From: Candidatus Marinacidobacterales bacterium | GTDB lineage: Bacteria; Acidobacteriota; Vicinamibacteria; Marinacidobacterales; SMYC01 | Length of the DNA: 64,000 nucleotides | Direction of reading: 5' to 3' | Assembly: GCA_965237955.1 (NCBI GenBank) | Contig: OZ250169.1 | Location: 7,264,001 to 7,328,000, forward strand | Part shown: positions 60,203 through 64,000 of the stretch, piece after piece | How the letters are laid out: each line of letters starts with the position of its first letter | Numbering within the stretch: the stretch's first letter is position 1 | Made by a program: the position numbers and the translations under genes | The notes under the pieces: generated by a model | Databases searched by the model: none | What the model was told of the DNA's origin: nothing | What the model saw: only the letters and a program-made list of their open reading frames with translations

Positions 60203-61682
60203 CTAGTCTCGGAGCTTGTGGGCCTTGAGTTTGCGATAGAGCGTCGTTCGACCGATACCGAGGATGCGCACGACCTGGGAGAGATTGCCGTTGGCCTCGA
60301 CCAGCGCCTGTTTGATGGCACGGCGCTCGAGCTCCTTGAGATCGAGCGTATCGAGAGGTGACGCGGAACCACCTGCGGTGGCGGTCGACGTCGCCGCTGC
60401 CGCCGCCGCCGCTGGGACGGGCGGTACCGGCTCGGCGACGGACGGAGCGCTCCCCTCGTCCGGCTCGCTGGCAGAAAGCCGCGGCGGAAGGTCGTCGGGC
60501 TCGATGGTGTTGCCTTTGGCGATCAGCAGACAACGCTGCACGATGTTCTCGAGCTCACGCACGTTGCCGGGCCAGTTGTAAGCTTTGAGAAGATCGACAA
60601 CCTCGCGCGACAGTAGCGGTCGCGGCTGGCCTTTGGGTTTTGTAGCGGTCGAGGAATCGCTCGGCAAGTATGATCACATCGTCATCGCGTGCGCGCAGCG
60701 GCGGGACTTCGAGCTCGAAGACAGCGATGCGAAAGTAGAGGTCTTCGCGGAAGCGGCCTTTCTTGACCTCTTGGAGAAGATCGCGATGGGTCGCGGCGAT
60801 GAGACGAAAATCGGAGCGCACTTGCGTCGAGCCGCCAACGCGATGGAAACGCTTTTCTTGAATCGCGCGCAGCAGCTTGGCTTGAAGCGTCAAGCTGAGC
60901 TCCGCGACCTCGTCCATGAACAGGCATCCGCCGTCGGATTGCTCGAACTTTCCGATGTGACGGCTGACGGCACCGGTAAACGCGCCCTTCTCGTGTCCGA
61001 AGATTTCCGATTCTTGAAGAGTCTCGGGGATGGCGGCGCAGTTCAACGCAACGAACGGGCCGGAGCTGCGGCCACTCGACTCGTAGATCGCCTGGGCAAC
61101 GAGCTCTTTGCCGCTTCCGCTTTCACCGTGGACGAGGATGGTGATGTCGCTCGCCGCGACACGGTCCATCTGACGGTACAGCTCTTTCATCTGCGGCGAA
61201 TCGCCGACGATGTTCTGGTAACCTTCGCCTTCGACTTCGCGCTCGAGCTGGCGCAAGCGCATCGACATGCGGTAGTGCTCGACTGCATTGCCGACGGTGG
61301 TGATGAGCTTGGTACGATCGATGGGCTTGACGATGTAGTCGTAGGCGCCGCGTTGCATCGCGCCGACGACGCTATCGACGGCGTGATCGGCGGTCAGGAT
61401 GATGACCGGAAGCTGGCTTTGCCTCTCTTTGATGAGCTCGAGCGTCTCGAAGCCGCCGATGCCGGGCATGCTGAGATCCAAGCAAATCGCGTCCGGCATC
61501 ATCGCACCGAGAGCAGCCAGGAAGCTCTCGCCGTCGTGGAACACCACGACACGATGACCCGCTCTCTCAAGGAACCGCTCGACAAGATCGCACAAGTTGC
61601 GATCGTCGTCGACGAGCACGACGAGGCGTTTCCGCTCGTCGTGAGTCTGCTTCTGGTCGCTTACGAGGCTCGTGCTACTCAT
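60203..61682 (-). pseudogene. NtrC-type sigma-54 response regulator, frameshifted
   Basis: REC domain, GESGSGKE, GAFTGA, FREDLYFR, then a shift near 60640 to YNWPGNVRELEN and a Fis HTH (LGIGRTTLYRKL). Confidence 0.88.
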
Positions 61683-61974
61683 GTCGCTTACTAATGACTC
61701 AGTATACGAGAGTCTCATTTCAGCTTCCAGCCAGCCTTCGCCGGGACGCTGAACGGAGTTTCAGAGGGTGGGCTACCCGCTTTCCGCTGTCCGGTTTTGC
61801 ATGGATCTGAGAACAACGGAGAGCGGGAAGCGGATAGCGGGTAGCCACATCCGTCCCGCGCGAAGCGTGGGCTTCAGGAGGGGCCTCCCCTGCAGTCTCG
61901 GTGAGAAGGACAAGACTTCAGGGGAGGCTAGTCGGGCCGAGGGGGTCGTCTCGGACCCGAGGCTCTTCATGACT

Positions 61975-63084
61975 CTAGTTACCAATCTGTAGATTCGAAT
62001 ACTTCGCTCCCACGACCGATTCGCCGCGCTCGCCGACGCCGAGCTCGATGAACAGCATGTTCGGGCGGTACGCGCGGTTGTAGTTCACGGTGATCATGAG
62101 CTGCCCGTCGAGAAAGACTCGCGCGGTGTGCCCGCCTCCCGACGGACCCCACTCGATACGCCACTGGTAGGTGCGGCTCGGATTCCAGTCTAAGAAGTTG
62201 TTGCCTTCGTCGTGCTGTTCACCGTTAGCAATCCAACGCAGTCTCAAATACGGGGGGTTATGGGGATTGGGGTGCAGTTTTTGGAGGTGCACCCGAAACG
62301 GGTTGGCGCGGTAGGAGCCTGCGGAGGGGTCCCACATCCCGAAGAGCATGAACTGATTCGGAGATGCATTGATCTCGCGCAGACCGCTGATGTCGAACTC
62401 TACCCAGCCACTTACCATCGGCGGGACTTCGTAGCGAATGAAGTTACCGGGCGCCGTCACCTGCCATCCACCGGAGGTGAACCGCCCGCCGGCGACCTCG
62501 CCGATGCTTCCGCCCATGAGAGGATCGGAGACGATGGTTCCAGCGGCAGGCGGGGGTGGCGGATTGGGCCCGGGCGGAGGGTTGTTCGGGGGAGGGCCTG
62601 AACCCCCGCCCGTCGCGATGCTGAACTCTGCCGTCGCCGAGAATTGGCTGTCGTTCGTGCCCGAGCGGCTTCGCACTCGCCAGAAATGTCGCCCTTGGGA
62701 GAGCGTGCGGTCGAGCGCCCACGACGTGCTCCCGTTTGGACCTTCGGGAACTTGTGTCGACTGCGCTTCCAGGGCGGCAAAGGCCGTGTCCGCGGATACC
62801 TGAAAGAGATAAGTGCGGCTTCCACTCTCGCGTTGCGCCGAGTTCAGAACCGTCAAGGTCGGCTGTCGGTCGGAAATCGTGCTCCCGGAGAGTGGATCCG
62901 AGATAATGGGCGCGGTGATGCCGGATCCGGATCCAGTGGCGACGACGCTGCCGTCGCCCGAGATCGCGTCGTTTCCGGTCGCGTCGGTCGGGAGCAGTGT
63001 TTCCTCCAGCTTGCACCCGCCGAGGAAAAAAAGGAGGGCCAGGAGCGCGATCATGAGGAAGCTCGGCTGTCGTTCCTGGCCCAT
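61975..63084 (-). CDS. Lipoprotein: Ig/Fn3-like domain, Pro-rich linker, ConA/LamG-like domain
   Basis: Lipobox LGGC; PTLTV..YLFQVS..HFWRVRS; PPPNNPPPGPNPPPPP. Confidence 0.7.
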   Translation of the reverse strand: MGQERQPSFLMIALLALLFFLGGCKLEETLLPTDATGNDAISGDGSVVATGSGSGITAPIISDPLSGSTISDRQPTLTVLNSAQRESGSRTYLFQVSADTAFAALEAQSTQVPEGPNGSTSWALDRTLSQGRHFWRVRSRSGTNDSQFSATAEFSIATGGGSGPPPNNPPPGPNPPPPPAAGTIVSDPLMGGSIGEVAGGRFTSGGWQVTAPGNFIRYEVPPMVSGWVEFDISGLREINASPNQFMLFGMWDPSAGSYRANPFRVHLQKLHPNPHNPPYLRLRWIANGEQHDEGNNFLDWNPSRTYQWRIEWGPSGGGHTARVFLDGQLMITVNYNRAYRPNMLFIELGVGERGESVVGAKYSNLQIGN

Positions 63085-63325
63085 CGAATGAACCCCGTCC
63101 TTGGGTGTGTGCATTAAGACTTACCGGAAAGGAGGACCGCGCATGAAGTCGCTCGCTCAAGAGGTGCGGCCCCCCATCCGTGCAAGAACTGTACAACGAA
63201 GATCTCTATTTTGCAATAGGTTTAATAGCATTTCATGAGATTTTACTTTAACTTATGTTCCGTATGCAGCTATGAACAAGAGATCTACGTAAATAATTGT
63301 TAAATAAACACTTGTGGAGGTCGAT

Positions 63326-64000
63326 GTGGCGGACGTCGTAGCGGCTCTCGATCAGGGGACGACGAGCACGAGGTGTCTCTTGATCGATTACGGCGGGGAG
63401 GTCGTGGCCTCGCACCAGCTCGAGCACGAGCAGATCTACCCGAAGCCCGGTTGGGTGGAGCACGATCCCGAAGAAGTGTGGCAGAGAACGGAGGAGGTCA
63501 TCGGGGGCGCTCTCCAAAAGGCTGGGATCGCGGGCGGTGGCATTGCCGCCCTCGGCATCACCAACCAGCGAGAGACGACCGTCGTCTGGGACAAGAAGAC
63601 GGGAAAACCGCTCCATCCCGCCATCGTGTGGCAGGACACGCGCACGGACACGATTTGCGCGGAGCTCGGGCGCGATTCCGGCCAGGACCGCTTCCGGGAC
63701 AAAACGGGTCTGCCGCTCGCGACTTATTTCTCCGGGCCCAAGATCCGCTGGCTCCTCGACGAAGTTGGCGGGCTGCGCCAGGCGGCCGAGCGGGGAGATG
63801 TGCTTTTTGGCAACATGGACACCTGGCTGATCTGGAACCTCACCGGCGGAGCATCGGGAGGCTCGCATGTCACCGACGTCACCAACGCGAGCCGTACCCA
63901 GCTCATGAGCTTGCGCGACCTGGATTGGGACCAGGACATCCTCGACGCGATGGATATCCCGCGAGCCATGCTGCCGAACATCCGACCATCGTCGGATCCC
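63326..64000 (+). CDS. glpK: Glycerol kinase, 5' part (runs off the window)
   Basis: GGAGG RBS; [65 protein letters not shown]. Confidence 0.95.
   Translation, partial: MADVVAALDQGTTSTRCLLIDYGGEVVASHQLEHEQIYPKPGWVEHDPEEVWQRTEEVIGGALQKAGIAGGGIAALGITNQRETTVVWDKKTGKPLHPAIVWQDTRTDTICAELGRDSGQDRFRDKTGLPLATYFSGPKIRWLLDEVGGLRQAAERGDVLFGNMDTWLIWNLTGGASGGSHVTDVTNASRTQLMSLRDLDWDQDILDAMDIPRAMLPNIRPSSDP

Noticed and set aside
1-64000. tRNA, rRNA, CRISPR arrays, and the many long antisense ORFs in the track
   Set aside because: No recognisable RNA genes or repeat-spacer arrays were seen by eye; antisense ORFs are expected shadows of GC-rich genes

Overview
GC-rich bacterial chromosomal window whose gene repertoire resembles Acidobacteria/Vicinamibacteria (inference only). 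It is heavily invaded by insertion sequences: 3x IS5/IS903-group, 2x ISL3, 2x ISAzo13, IS630 plus a 127-bp IS630-derived MITE, IS6, and remnants of IS110, IS91/ISCR and IS3. Many genes are truncated or internally deleted. Intact housekeeping and accessory genes include ppsR, rnhB, a family-4 UDG, recQ, the 5' part of glpK, a GMC oxidoreductase pair, a sodium:solute symporter, M28/S9/zincin peptidases and a cNMP-EAL phosphodiesterase. The most notable feature is a minus-strand candidate organoarsenical biosynthesis operon (12.0-17.0 kb). It encodes a DUF2064/TIGR04282 transferase ending in a RAPP arrest-like motif, a flavoprotein monooxygenase, a non-canonical ArsS-like radical SAM enzyme, a Cys-bearing metallophosphoesterase, a four-Cys ArsM-like methyltransferase and a PiT remnant. 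Its usual partner genes (MerA-like reductase and TVP38 protein) lie 4.4 kb away. Other highlights are a highly structured, DnaA-box-containing leader inside the ISL3 element, orphan IS110 non-coding ends (possible bridge/seek RNA) around a chimeric S9 peptidase, and ppsA/ppsR start codons that overlap head-to-head.
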